A stretch of DNA of 63,216 nucleotides from an uncultured Methanobrevibacter sp. (GCF_902771225.1 NZ_CACXWH010000001.1), one strand, 5' to 3'; positions 7,951-18,815 are shown, counted from the first letter of the stretch. The notes: generated from the letters alone by a model not told the origin. Program-made: numbers and translations.

Positions 7951-10290
7951 ATGGTAAAAAAAGGTTGTTATGAACCTGATTGCGATATAAGTGATTGTAA
8001 CAATCCCGAACATTATAACTTCATATGTTTGGATCCGGATTGTGATGATGTGCACTGTGAAAATCATCAGCATTATGATAGACAATTATTAAAGGATTTC
8101 CAAGAAAAATCTGATTTCAGTGTCTATGATCACAGAGAAGAAATTAACTATGATAAAGATGTTGATATTAGTCTTTGTGGTTGTCCTGATTGTGCTGATG
8201 ATGAAGATGATCACGGACATGAGCATAATCATGAGCATGGGCATGAGCACGACCACGGACATGAGCATAATCATGAGCATGGGCATGAGCATAATCATGG
8301 AGATGAAGATGTTGATATTAGTCTTTGTGGTTGTCCTGATTGTGCTGATGATGAAGATGATCACGGACATGATAATAATGACGATGATGAATTATTGGCC
8401 GAAGGAAAACCCTTAATTGTTAACAGACCAATACAGATTATCCTTTCAAGCGGTATATTGTTTGTTTTGGGGCATGTTTTTGAATGGTTATCATTTAGCC
8501 CAACAGTAATAACTATTACATTTATGCTTGGTGCTTTAATTGCAGGTTATGAAATAGCTATTTCAGCGTATAATTCATTAGTTAAAAAACATACTATTGG
8601 ACCTGCTATGTTGATGTGTATTGCTTGTGTTGCTTCATTCCTTATCGGACATCCGGAAGAAGGTGCTGCTGTAACTTTTCTATATTATATCGCAGAATTT
8701 TTAGAAGACTATTCAGAATATAAGGCTAAACGTTCAATCAAATCATTAGTTGAGATCGCTCCTGATACTGCAAGAGTTAAAGTTGGAGACAAAGAAGAGA
8801 TAAAAAATGTCGATGAAGTAAATATTGGTGATGTTGTTATAGTAAAACCGGGAGATAAAGTTCCTTTGGATGGGGAAGTTATTTCAGGTTCATCTTCAAT
8901 TAACCAAGCTTCCATTACTGGTGAAAGTGTCCCTGTTTTAAAAAATGTTGGTGACCATGTATTTTCCGGAACGGTCAATGAGGATGGATATTTGGAAGTA
9001 AAAGTAACTACAGAAGCTAAGGATTCAGTTATTTCAAAAATAGTAACTTTGGTTAAACAATCACAACTCAACAGATCAGAAACTGAGAATCTGGTTGAAA
9101 GAATCGCCAAATATTATACTCCGATCATGATGATTGGGGCTATTTGTGTTGCAGTTATTCCGCCATTTTTATTTGGCCAGAACTTAAATGATTGGATTTA
9201 TAAAGCACTTTCACTTTTAGTAATTTCATGTCCTTGTGCGTTTTTGATTTCAACACCTGTGGGAATGGTATCTGCCATTACTTCAGCTACTAGAAATGGG
9301 GTAATAATTAAGGGCAGTACTTATGTGGAAGAAATGCGTAATTTGAAAGCTATTATCTTTGATAAAACTGGTACTTTAACAGAAGGGAAACTCAAATTAA
9401 GTCAAGTTTCAGTGTTGGATAATAATTATTCAAAAGAGGATATTATTGAGATTGCAGCATCTCTAGAGTCCCAGTCTTCACATCCAATTGCTCAGGCTGT
9501 TGTGGATTATGCCAATGAGAATAATATTGACTTTGATGTTGTTCAGGACTTTAAAAATGTTCCGGGTAAAGGTATTATTGCTAATATTAATGATGATCAA
9601 TATTATGCGGCAAATGAATCTTTAATTGAAGGAAGTTCATTTGATATTCCAAAAGAGGATTTCGATAAGTATTCTAGTGAAGGTAAAACTTTAATATTTA
9701 TTGGAAATTCCAAAAAAGCTTTAGGTATTATTACTGTGTCTGATACAATTAGAAAAAATGCTTCAGAAGTTATAGCTGATTTAAAAAGTAAAGGTATTAA
9801 AACTTTCATGCTTACTGGAGATAATAAATTTGCTGCAAAAGGTGTAGCATCTGAAATTGGAGTTGATTATGTTTATTCTAATTTAATGCCTGAAGATAAA
9901 TTAAATATCTTAGATACCGTAAGAAATAAATTTGGTGATGTGGCTATGGTGGGTGATGGTATTAATGATGCGCCGGCTTTAGCACGTGCAAATATAGGTA
10001 TCGCTATGGGTGCTGCAGGTTCTGATGTAGCTATTGAAACAGCTGATGTTGCATTAATGCAGGATGATATTTCAAAACTACCATATTTGTTTTCTTTAAG
10101 CCACAAAACAATGAGTATTATTAAACAGAATATCTCTCTTGCAATTACGATTAAACTATTGTGTGTTGTTCTTGCAATTTTAGGAATTATTACATTAATG
10201 ATGTCTGTTGGTGTAGGGGATTTAGGATTAACTTTGTTTGTTATTTTAAATTCATTTAGAATTGGAATGGTGAAAGATCCACTATTCTAA
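7951..10290 (+). CDS. Heavy-metal (Zn/Cd/Co) P1B-type ATPase with Cys/His-rich N-terminus
   Basis: TGES, SCPC, DKTGTLT, SHP, TGDN, GDGINDAP; ATG 7951 follows a GGTG RBS. Confidence 0.95.
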   Translation: MVKKGCYEPDCDISDCNNPEHYNFICLDPDCDDVHCENHQHYDRQLLKDFQEKSDFSVYDHREEINYDKDVDISLCGCPDCADDEDDHGHEHNHEHGHEHDHGHEHNHEHGHEHNHGDEDVDISLCGCPDCADDEDDHGHDNNDDDELLAEGKPLIVNRPIQIILSSGILFVLGHVFEWLSFSPTVITITFMLGALIAGYEIAISAYNSLVKKHTIGPAMLMCIACVASFLIGHPEEGAAVTFLYYIAEFLEDYSEYKAKRSIKSLVEIAPDTARVKVGDKEEIKNVDEVNIGDVVIVKPGDKVPLDGEVISGSSSINQASITGESVPVLKNVGDHVFSGTVNEDGYLEVKVTTEAKDSVISKIVTLVKQSQLNRSETENLVERIAKYYTPIMMIGAICVAVIPPFLFGQNLNDWIYKALSLLVISCPCAFLISTPVGMVSAITSATRNGVIIKGSTYVEEMRNLKAIIFDKTGTLTEGKLKLSQVSVLDNNYSKEDIIEIAASLESQSSHPIAQAVVDYANENNIDFDVVQDFKNVPGKGIIANINDDQYYAANESLIEGSSFDIPKEDFDKYSSEGKTLIFIGNSKKALGIITVSDTIRKNASEVIADLKSKGIKTFMLTGDNKFAAKGVASEIGVDYVYSNLMPEDKLNILDTVRNKFGDVAMVGDGINDAPALARANIGIAMGAAGSDVAIETADVALMQDDISKLPYLFSLSHKTMSIIKQNISLAITIKLLCVVLAILGIITLMMSVGVGDLGLTLFVILNSFRIGMVKDPLF
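8156..8372 (+). repeat. Nested exact direct repeats in the ATPase N-terminus
   Basis: 67-bp repeat 8156-8222 = 8306-8372 (DVDISLCGCPDCADDEDDHGH); 38-bp repeat 8212-8249 = 8254-8291 (HGHEHNHEHGHE). Confidence 0.95.
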
Positions 10291-10501
10291 TTTTTTTCTT
10301 TTTTTAAATCAATAGTCTAATAAGGCACAATATTCGGTGGTTTCGAATAAAAGATGTAAAAAACCATTCGTGTTTATTAATAAATTAGGATTTCTCGCAG
10401 ATAAGTCTTTATCGTATTTTTTACTTTTTTTTTTTAAAAAAAATTTAGAATTTAAAAATCAATTAAGTAATCAACTGCTTAATTGTTAATATATGTCAAA
10501 A

Positions 10502-10537
10502 AAAAGAAAAAATATGCTCTTAAAGAACATATTTTTT
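10502..10537 (-). terminator. Hairpin/T-tract terminator of Ni/peptide ABC operon 1
   Basis: AAAAAATATG-CTCTTAAAGAA-CATATTTTTT inverted repeat next to the stop codon, followed by T-tracts on the minus strand. Confidence 0.45.
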
Positions 10538-11150
10538 AAATATTATTTATTTTATTAAAATGTATAATTTCATCACATATTACTTCAAGTAGTTCTTCAT
10601 CATGGCTAACTGCCAATATTCCAATGTTATTGGCTTTACAATGATTAATGAGTGCTTCCCATATCTGTACTTGTGTTACAGCATCAAGCATGGTACTTAT
10701 CTCATCTGCGATGATGAATTTTGTTTTCGGATTAAGTGCTCTTAATATACTGAAACGTTGCAATTCTCCACCTGAAAGTTCGTTAGGCCAACGTGTTAAC
10801 CAAGTATCTTTAAGGCCAAAAGTATCTTTTAACTCCTGTGTAGGGGTCCATGATTCACTCAATACTTTTTCCATTTTCCATTTAGGGTTCATAGTTTTTT
10901 CGGGATGTTGGAAAATTAATTGTACTGGATAGAAATTCTTATCCGGAATTTTTTGATTATCTATGGTTACTTCTCCAGAATAATTTGAAATGTGGCCGGA
11001 TAAAATTTTACATAATGTGGATTTGCCACTACCACTGTCTCCGATTAAACCTATTATTTCATTGTTTTTAAGAGATAATGATATGTCCTTTAATATAGGT
11101 TTCTTTTTGGTATATGAAAATGAAATATTATTTGCTTCAAGATTCATCAT
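10536..11150 (-). CDS. Ni/peptide ABC transporter ATPase (NikE/DppF-like), system 1
   Basis: GDSGSGKS, LSGGELQR, ADEISTMLD. Confidence 0.9.
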   Translation of the reverse strand: MMNLEANNISFSYTKKKPILKDISLSLKNNEIIGLIGDSGSGKSTLCKILSGHISNYSGEVTIDNQKIPDKNFYPVQLIFQHPEKTMNPKWKMEKVLSESWTPTQELKDTFGLKDTWLTRWPNELSGGELQRFSILRALNPKTKFIIADEISTMLDAVTQVQIWEALINHCKANNIGILAVSHDEELLEVICDEIIHFNKINNI

Positions 11151-12084
11151 TAACCTCCTCATAATTAAAACATCGAATCATTACACCATTGTGGTTAATG
11201 AGTTTTGGTTTATTCTTTTCACATTTATCCATGCGGACAGGACAATTTTCATAGTAAGGACATCCAATAACATCATCTAACGGTTGAACACCTTCAGTTA
11301 ATTTAAATCCATTTCTTGGCAGTGAATTGATTAAAGCTTTTGTATATGGATGCAATACATTATCCGCATCTTTAAAGTTTTCTGCAGTATTTATTTCAAT
11401 AACATGGCCTGAATAGAATACTGCAATTCTATCTGCAGTTTTCAGTGCAACATTTATTTCGTGAGTAATTAGTAAAACACCCTTGTCTTGTTCTTTCAAA
11501 TTTTTTATATCAGAAATTGTTTCTTCAACACTCTGTTTATCAAGACCTGGTGTTGGTTCATCAGCAATTAATAGATTGGGGTCGCCTAACAATGCTGTAG
11601 ATAACAATACTTTCCTGGCCATTCCTCCAGATAATTCAAAAGGATATAAATCATCTACACTTTCATCCAATCCATATTTACTAAATACTTCTCTTTGCCT
11701 AATTTTCTTCTCTTCACGTTCCTTATCATCTTCACATTCACCAATAGCCTGTTGAGATACTTTCATAAGGGGATCTAAGAAATTGACTGATTGAGGTATT
11801 AAACAAATCTCTTTTCCCCTTAATTTTTCTTTCAATTCTTGAGTTAAAACTTCACCTTTATATTTAATTTCTCCAGTTACATGTGAGTTATAAGGCAAAA
11901 TTCCTAAAATTGAATGGGCTAAAAGACTTTTTCCCGAACCGCTAGACCCTAAAACTGCCACGATTTCATTTTCATTAACATCAATTGTTAAATCTGTTAT
12001 TACCTTTGAATCATGCCTATTTAGCCCTTGAACATATTGCGTGAAAGATATTGATAAATTATTTACTTCTAATAATTTTGTCAT
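11137..12084 (-). CDS. Ni/peptide ABC transporter ATPase (NikD/DppD-like), system 1
   Basis: GSSGSGKS, YPFELSGGM, ADEPTPGLD, C-terminal HPYT...GCPY...C..C. Confidence 0.92.
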   Translation of the reverse strand: MTKLLEVNNLSISFTQYVQGLNRHDSKVITDLTIDVNENEIVAVLGSSGSGKSLLAHSILGILPYNSHVTGEIKYKGEVLTQELKEKLRGKEICLIPQSVNFLDPLMKVSQQAIGECEDDKEREEKKIRQREVFSKYGLDESVDDLYPFELSGGMARKVLLSTALLGDPNLLIADEPTPGLDKQSVEETISDIKNLKEQDKGVLLITHEINVALKTADRIAVFYSGHVIEINTAENFKDADNVLHPYTKALINSLPRNGFKLTEGVQPLDDVIGCPYYENCPVRMDKCEKNKPKLINHNGVMIRCFNYEEVNDES

Positions 12085-12096
12085 AATACCCACCAT

Positions 12097-12948
12097 CTAT
12101 TTATTTGCCTGTGAAGGATCAAATAATCGTTTTAAATTGTCTCCTATAATATCAAACAATAACACAACTATTAATAATGCCATACCTGGGAAGAATGCTA
12201 ACCACCAAGCGCCCATTGCAAGATATGTCATAGATTCTGATAATATTATACCAATAGCAGGTTCGTGTGGCGATAAACCAAATCCTAAGAATGTTACGCT
12301 TGATTCGTGCATAATTGCATGTGGAAATACGAGTAATGTTCCTACAAATATTTGGGATAAGATTAAAGGTAAAATATGTTCTTTTGCTATCCATAATTTA
12401 CTTTTACCAAATCTTTTGGATAATGCAACATATTCTGATGTGTTAATTTGAAGTACTTCCGCTCTCAATACTCTTGTCAAATTCACCCAATGTGAAAAAG
12501 CTACTGCCATTATTACACCAAATGCACCTTTACCCAATGCAATGGATATCATCATAATTAATAATATATGTGGTATTGATGCGAATAAATCAATTAACCA
12601 AGATACAAATGAATCACAAAACTTGTTAATACTTGCAAGAAATGCTAAAAGGGTAGCTATTATACTAGATATTATTGAAGCACCTATTCCAATCATAATA
12701 CTTAAACTCAAACCCTTTATTGTTCTTATGAACATATCTCTTCCCATCCAATCAGTACCGAAAATATGTGCAAATGATGGGGGTTGCATTTTTATACTAA
12801 AGTCGGTAGGTAAATTAGCATCAATAAGAGTTCCGCTAATGAAAATGACTAGCAATACTAATCCTGTAAGCCCTATAGTTAAAAGGGTCTTTTGTCTTAA
12901 GTTCAGGGAACTGAATAATCCTTTATTATACCATGGAGTTTCACTCAT
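12097..12948 (-). CDS. Ni/peptide ABC permease (NikC/DppC-like), system 1
   Basis: HIFGTDWMGRD, EAA-like loop, FLGFGL. Confidence 0.92.
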   Translation of the reverse strand: MSETPWYNKGLFSSLNLRQKTLLTIGLTGLVLLVIFISGTLIDANLPTDFSIKMQPPSFAHIFGTDWMGRDMFIRTIKGLSLSIMIGIGASIISSIIATLLAFLASINKFCDSFVSWLIDLFASIPHILLIMMISIALGKGAFGVIMAVAFSHWVNLTRVLRAEVLQINTSEYVALSKRFGKSKLWIAKEHILPLILSQIFVGTLLVFPHAIMHESSVTFLGFGLSPHEPAIGIILSESMTYLAMGAWWLAFFPGMALLIVVLLFDIIGDNLKRLFDPSQANK

Positions 12949-13936
12949 CGTCCTCACTCCTTAATCTCGGGTCAACATATTGATAAATTACATCCGCAAT
13001 AAGATTTCCTACAAAAACAAAAATTGCACTAATAATTACAATACCTAATAATAATGGGACATCAGACCTTAATCCGGCAGCAACTGTGGCCTGACCAATT
13101 CCTGGGTATGCGAATACCTGTTCAACGAGAATTGTTCCACCAAACAATTCATTAAAAGATAAAAATTGAATTGAAATTGCTGGAAGTAAAATATTTCTAA
13201 TTCCGTGATTTTTTATCATTCCCCAGAAACTTTCACCTCTTGCCTGTGCAAATAAGAAATAATCACTATTTTTAACACTAATGAGTTTATCTCGCGTATA
13301 CATTGTAAGAGAAGCGATTCCTACAATACTTAATGTTATTGCAGGCAATATTAATCTATATAGCCATTGCCAAAATGTTACTGTATCTGATAGTTGTCCA
13401 ATAGGAACTGAAAGTCCTATAGGGAACCAACCTAAATATACAGAAAAAACCATTAAAAGTACTAATCCTATCCAAAAAGTAGGTGTTGATTGTAAGATAT
13501 AACAATAAGTTTTAATCGCCTTATCAGTTAATGTTCCTTCTTTTGCACCTGCAATCACACCTAATCCGAATCCTACAACTCCAGATATTATCCAAGAAAC
13601 TATCATTAAAGTTAATGAAGCAAAGAATTTCTGTGCAATTACTTCAGTTACGGGAGCACGATAAATTAATGAAAAACCCATGCTTCCGGATGCTAAAGTT
13701 TGAAGCCAACCTAATACTCTCTCACCTAAAGTCAAATTCGTTCCCCAATATTCGCCCATAATGGCTAATTGTTCTTGACTAACAATTCTTTGACCAAGAT
13801 AAGCTTTAACTGGATCGATAGGAGATAATTGTACCATTATAAAACTGATCGCTGCAATAACAACTAATAAAATTAGTAATCTAATAGCTTTATATCCTAA
13901 AAATTTAGCTAATTTTTTACTGTTAATTTTAATCAT
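12941..13936 (-). CDS. Ni/peptide ABC permease (NikB/DppB-like), system 1
   Basis: SPIDPV, PTFW, LILPAITL, ARG, VEQVFAYPGIG; start moved to ATG 13936 after GGAG. Confidence 0.92.
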   Translation of the reverse strand: MIKINSKKLAKFLGYKAIRLLILLVVIAAISFIMVQLSPIDPVKAYLGQRIVSQEQLAIMGEYWGTNLTLGERVLGWLQTLASGSMGFSLIYRAPVTEVIAQKFFASLTLMIVSWIISGVVGFGLGVIAGAKEGTLTDKAIKTYCYILQSTPTFWIGLVLLMVFSVYLGWFPIGLSVPIGQLSDTVTFWQWLYRLILPAITLSIVGIASLTMYTRDKLISVKNSDYFLFAQARGESFWGMIKNHGIRNILLPAISIQFLSFNELFGGTILVEQVFAYPGIGQATVAAGLRSDVPLLLGIVIISAIFVFVGNLIADVIYQYVDPRLRSEDDE

Positions 13937-14014
13937 CTCCAGCGTGTATAAATTTGTTTTAAAAAAAGAATTAAAAAATGATTTATAAAAATAAATCATT
14001 TTAAATTTAGATAT

Positions 14015-15631
14015 TTATTTTTTTGTTTGATTGCTATCAATACGTTTCCAATCGTAGATATTACCCCATATGTCTCCACCGTGTGGATAAATAAGGTGTG
14101 TACTATTGGAAATATTTAATGTATCGTTAACAAAGTAGGTATAATCCATAGTTCCAATCCATAAGAATGGATAATGTGAATTAGCTTGTTTAGCTGCTTG
14201 AGACCAGGTAGAGTATGAAGCATTAAGTTCTTGTCCCATAGCAGAATCTATAGATGCATCTACAGAAGAATCATTTAATATTTCTGGATTATCATAACCT
14301 TGACCAGCTACTCTTGAATCATATTGATGTTCAATTTCACATGGGTCCGCTGAACCGAATCCCCATACAATTCCTTCCTGGAATTTGATTGGATCCATAT
14401 CGTCCCAACTTCCACCTACTGGTTTAATATCAATACCTATTTCTTTAGCTTGTTCCGCAACAGCTACTGCAATTGCTTGTCTTTCACTTGCTTTTGAATT
14501 ATAATAGATTGAAAATGATGCTGGTTTTCCATTTTTATCTACTATTCCATCACCATTAGTATCCTTCCATCCGGCATTTGCAAGAATGCTTTTTGCTTGG
14601 TCTACATTACCATCTTTAAATGTTGATTCAAATGCCCAAGGTAATTGACTAGCTACACCATTGTATGATACATTACCAAATCCATTCAATGAACCATCTA
14701 CTAATTTTTGTCTGTTAATTCCAACGTTCAATGCTTCTCTGATAGCAGGGTCTGCCGTTACATTATTACCGTATGTTAAATTATCATCCCCTATTGTTTT
14801 TCCAGTATTGTTTTGGGTCGGTAAGGATATTCCACGTACATCGATTGAATCGAAATATTCTAAGTGGAATCCTTTTACTGTTTGATTTGCATATGATGCC
14901 GGTACTTCAGCTATATCCACATCTCCATTTTTAACTGCTGCAAATGCTGCATCCGGATCAAGGAAAAGGTTTGTTATTTTTTTGAAGTATGGTTGTTTTC
15001 CATAATAATCTGGATTTTTCTCTAAGATAAATTGTTGTCCTTTATCCCATTGAACTAATTTGTAAGGTCCAGATCCGATTGGATTTTTACCATAATTATC
15101 TGCATTATAATTAGCTTCCGGTACAATTCCCACATCTGTTAATTTGTTAATGAATGTGGAATCAGATTTATTAAGGGTGAACACTACTTTAGTATCTCCT
15201 TCTGCTTTAACTTCTTTCAATGAACTTAAGTCTGCACCTTCACCTAATTCTTTTGATTTATTGTATGAAAATGCAACATCTTTTGCAGTTAATTTATTTC
15301 CATCAGTGAATTTTACATCATCACGTATATTTACTGTGTATTCTTTATAATCGCTAGAAATAGTATAGTTTGTTGCTAAATCATTTACAAAGCTATTATT
15401 AGCATCCCTTTTAAGGATAGTACTTTGTATGAGTGGTTCGGTTCCAGAATCATGATATCCCCAACCATGCATTGGATCGAAACCAAATTCCGGTTCTTCT
15501 CCGTGTGCAGCAACACAAGTTACTAATTCGTCAGGTGCATGTTTGGTGTTTTTTCCACCTAAAGCAAATGCTCCTATTCCAATTATAGCTATTATAACTA
15601 TAACTACACCTATAATGATCTTTTTATCCAT
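14015..15631 (-). CDS. Family-5 substrate-binding protein (NikA/DppA-like), system 1
   Basis: N-terminal membrane anchor, IRDDVKFTDG, PIGSGPYKL. Confidence 0.92.
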   Translation of the reverse strand: MDKKIIIGVVIVIIAIIGIGAFALGGKNTKHAPDELVTCVAAHGEEPEFGFDPMHGWGYHDSGTEPLIQSTILKRDANNSFVNDLATNYTISSDYKEYTVNIRDDVKFTDGNKLTAKDVAFSYNKSKELGEGADLSSLKEVKAEGDTKVVFTLNKSDSTFINKLTDVGIVPEANYNADNYGKNPIGSGPYKLVQWDKGQQFILEKNPDYYGKQPYFKKITNLFLDPDAAFAAVKNGDVDIAEVPASYANQTVKGFHLEYFDSIDVRGISLPTQNNTGKTIGDDNLTYGNNVTADPAIREALNVGINRQKLVDGSLNGFGNVSYNGVASQLPWAFESTFKDGNVDQAKSILANAGWKDTNGDGIVDKNGKPASFSIYYNSKASERQAIAVAVAEQAKEIGIDIKPVGGSWDDMDPIKFQEGIVWGFGSADPCEIEHQYDSRVAGQGYDNPEILNDSSVDASIDSAMGQELNASYSTWSQAAKQANSHYPFLWIGTMDYTYFVNDTLNISNSTHLIYPHGGDIWGNIYDWKRIDSNQTKK

Positions 15632-15658
15632 TTTTGTTTCCTCATTAAACTGAATCGA

Positions 15659-15711
15659 AGTAATATTTTTTTTATTACTATTATATAAAAAATTAATATA
15701 TTAGTAATACT
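15659..15711. promoter_or_regulatory. AGTAWTACT palindrome and AGTAATA-N7-TATTACT repeat upstream of SBP 1
   Basis: AGTAATACT 15703-15711; inverted repeat 15659-15679. Confidence 0.5.
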
Positions 15712-15884
15712 TTTTTTAATATAAATATTACATAATATAATTTAAAGTTTGAAGTATTTATAAATTCCTATATTATTTCTCATTGTCAGTTTTTAAACAG
15801 TATTTGGGGGTTATGACTTAAGTTACCAAACGATTTAACAAAAATTTAATTAATTATATATTGAATAAATTTTAATGTTTACAT

Positions 15885-17255
15885 ATGTTTAGTAATGATT
15901 CATCAAATAATGTAGATTTAATGCTTAAAAATCCGAAAAAAGCATTAATTAATATGTCCATTCCACTGATTATTTCATTACTTATTACAAGTTTTTATAA
16001 TTTAATTGATGCTTTTTGGGTATCTGGCCTTGGTGCTGATGCACTTGCTGGTGTTGGATTTTTTACACCAATATTCATGATTTTAGTTGGATTTGGAAAT
16101 GGATTGGGTTCCGGTGCGGCTTTTGCATTATCAAAATATCTTGGTGAGGGAAATAAACAAAAAGCAAATAATGCTTCAATTCATTCAATTATTATTAATA
16201 TCATTGTTTCTTTGATTGTAACCATAATATTGTTAATTCTGCTAAATCCTATTATGAATGCTATGGGTGCAGGACAAACCATTGGTTATGCTACAGATTA
16301 TGGAGTAATAATTCTTTTAGGATCCGTTTTCATTATTCTTTCAAATGCATTATATGGTATTTTTAGGGGCGAAGGAGATACCACAAGGCCAATGTATGCC
16401 ATGATGGCTTCTGCTATTTTAAACATGATTTTAGACCCTATTTTTATTTATAAATTTGATTTGGGAGTTATGGGCGCTGCTGCTGCAACTATTGTTTCCT
16501 CAATATTCGTCATTTTGGTTTTAATATACTGGTTTTATATAAAAAAAGACACATATTTGAAACCCAATATTTCAAATTTTACTTTTGAAAAGGATATTTC
16601 AAAAGATATCATTAAAGTGGGCATTCCTGCAAGTATTCAACTTTTGAACAATGCATTTTTTGCAGCAGTTTTTTCAGCTCTCTTAACTTTTGTTGGTTCA
16701 ACTGATTCGGTTGCCGTCTATTCAACAGGCTGGAGAATAGTAACTATCGGAACAACTCCTCTATTGGCCATTGGAACCACATTAATTAGTGTTATAGCAG
16801 CAAATTATGGTGCAAAAAATTATAAAAACATTAAAATTGCTCATAGATATGCAATGAAAATATCTATTTTAATTGCATTTGTCATTGCTGTTTTAACAAA
16901 TGTTTTTGCAGGAGATATTGCTTCTGTATTTGCATCTGGTGGCAGTAGTTCAAGAATCGCATCAGAATTAACCAGTTTTTTATCATGGATAGTGATTTAT
17001 TACCCTACAATGGCTGTTGGAGTAGCATCAACTTATGTTTTCCAAGGTGTCGGTAAAGGGTTAACTGCAATGTTTCAAACAATTATGAGAGAAACCGGTT
17101 TCACAATATTTTTTGCAGTTTTACTAGGTGTTGTTTTTGGTTATGGTGTGTGGGGAGCTTGGATGGGTATTGTTTTAGGTGAAATTGTATCAAACAATAT
17201 TACAATGCTATGGGCGGATTATTTGATTAAAAAATTGATAAATATTAATGATTAA
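15885..17255 (+). CDS. MATE family efflux transporter
   Basis: Highly hydrophobic 456 aa; YNLIDAFWV, RGEGDT, NMILDPIFI, KVGIPAS. Confidence 0.93.
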   Translation: MFSNDSSNNVDLMLKNPKKALINMSIPLIISLLITSFYNLIDAFWVSGLGADALAGVGFFTPIFMILVGFGNGLGSGAAFALSKYLGEGNKQKANNASIHSIIINIIVSLIVTIILLILLNPIMNAMGAGQTIGYATDYGVIILLGSVFIILSNALYGIFRGEGDTTRPMYAMMASAILNMILDPIFIYKFDLGVMGAAAATIVSSIFVILVLIYWFYIKKDTYLKPNISNFTFEKDISKDIIKVGIPASIQLLNNAFFAAVFSALLTFVGSTDSVAVYSTGWRIVTIGTTPLLAIGTTLISVIAANYGAKNYKNIKIAHRYAMKISILIAFVIAVLTNVFAGDIASVFASGGSSSRIASELTSFLSWIVIYYPTMAVGVASTYVFQGVGKGLTAMFQTIMRETGFTIFFAVLLGVVFGYGVWGAWMGIVLGEIVSNNITMLWADYLIKKLININD

Positions 17256-17866
17256 GCACCATTAATATCTTTTAAATAAATTTTATCATCACAAATTGTA
17301 TCAACTAAATCCATATCATGACTTACAAGTAAAAATCCCATTTTTCTTTCTTTAACTACTTTTAAAACAGAATCTAAGATTTGTACTTGTGTTATCGCAT
17401 CAAGCATTGTTGTCATTTCATCTGCTATTAAAAATTTTGTTTTCGGATTCAGTGATCTTAATACGGAAAATCTTTGAAGTTCTCCTCCAGATAATTCCTG
17501 CGGAAATCTTGTAAGCCATGTTTTTTGAATACCGAATTCTTTTAAAAAGTCATCAGGCACATCCCAGGATTCTTTTAAGACAGCTTCCATTTTCCATTTT
17601 GGATTCATTACTTTTTCGGGGTGTTGATAAATTAATTGTACTGGTTTAAATCCTTTTTTAGGTAACGATTTTCCATCAAAAGTTACACTGCCTTCGTATT
17701 TAGTAACATAACCAGATAATATTTTACATAATGTGGATTTTCCGCTTCCACTATCTCCAATTAAACCCATAACTTTATTGTTGTCTAATTCTAAATTAAT
17801 ATCTTTTAGCAAATATTTTTTAGCTGATGGGTATTTAAATGAAATGTTTTCTGCTTTAAGTTCCAT
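17252..17866 (-). CDS. Ni/peptide ABC ATPase (NikE-like), system 2
   Basis: Paralog of 10536-11150; GDSGSGKS, LSGGELQR. Confidence 0.9.
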   Translation of the reverse strand: MELKAENISFKYPSAKKYLLKDINLELDNNKVMGLIGDSGSGKSTLCKILSGYVTKYEGSVTFDGKSLPKKGFKPVQLIYQHPEKVMNPKWKMEAVLKESWDVPDDFLKEFGIQKTWLTRFPQELSGGELQRFSVLRSLNPKTKFLIADEMTTMLDAITQVQILDSVLKVVKERKMGFLLVSHDMDLVDTICDDKIYLKDINGA

Positions 17867-17867
17867 A

Positions 17868-18815
17868 TTATGCACCTTCTTCATATTTAAAACATCTAAT
17901 TTTTTTCTTTCCAAGACTTATCAATTGAGGTCTTTCATTTTCACATCTATCAAATGCCATTTCGCATCTACTATAATAAGGGCAACCTTCAGGTATTTCT
18001 CCATGTAACGGCTGATGACCTTTTGTCAATTCAAATCCATTTGCAGGGAGTGCCTTATAAAGTGATTTTGTATACGGGTGAAGTAAGTTTTCTCCATTGC
18101 CTGAAAAATCCTTATTTTCAGCAATTTCAATTACATATCCTGAGTAGAATATACCAATTCTATCTGCAATTTCAAGTGCAGCATGAATGTCATGTGTAAT
18201 TAATAAGACTCCAACACCATCTTCTTTCATCTGTTTAAAGTGATTTAATGTTTCTTTTACAGTTTTTTCATCTAAACCTGGTGTTGGTTCATCAGCGACA
18301 ACTAATTGGGGGCTTGATAATAGTGCTGTTGAAACAAGCACACGTCTCGCCATTCCACCAGATAACTGGAATGGATACATATCATCAACTTCCGGACCCA
18401 AATTATAACGTTCAAATATTTCTCTTTGTTTTGCTTTTTTCTCCTTTTTTTCTTCTTTACTTTCAGTTTTACCAATTGCTTGGTCAGAAATTTTCATTAA
18501 AGGATCTAAAAAATTTACTGATTGTGGAATTAGAGCTATTTCGTCTCCCCTAAGTTCTTCTTTGTCTTCTTGCGATAATTCTTTTCCTTTGTATTTTATT
18601 TTTCCATTTAAATTTGCATTTTCGGGTAAAATTCCAAATATTGCATGGGCAAGTAAACTTTTTCCAGAACCACTTGAACCCAATATTGCTAATATTTCCC
18701 CTTCAGATACATCTAATGTCAAATCTGTAATTACTTTTAAATCTCTTTGATTTAATCCTTGTACATATTGAATAAATGAAATTGATACATTTTCAACATC
18801 CAATAATTTTTCCAT
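17868..18815 (-). CDS. Ni/peptide ABC ATPase (NikD-like), system 2
   Basis: Paralog of 11137-12084; GSSGSGKS, LSGGM, HPYT. Confidence 0.92.
   Translation of the reverse strand: MEKLLDVENVSISFIQYVQGLNQRDLKVITDLTLDVSEGEILAILGSSGSGKSLLAHAIFGILPENANLNGKIKYKGKELSQEDKEELRGDEIALIPQSVNFLDPLMKISDQAIGKTESKEEKKEKKAKQREIFERYNLGPEVDDMYPFQLSGGMARRVLVSTALLSSPQLVVADEPTPGLDEKTVKETLNHFKQMKEDGVGVLLITHDIHAALEIADRIGIFYSGYVIEIAENKDFSGNGENLLHPYTKSLYKALPANGFELTKGHQPLHGEIPEGCPYYSRCEMAFDRCENERPQLISLGKKKIRCFKYEEGA

Noticed and set aside
8089-8416. Met/Ile-rich ORFs 8089-8370 (-) and 8120-8416 (+)
   Set aside because: Alternative-frame shadows of the His/Asp repeat inside the P1B ATPase.
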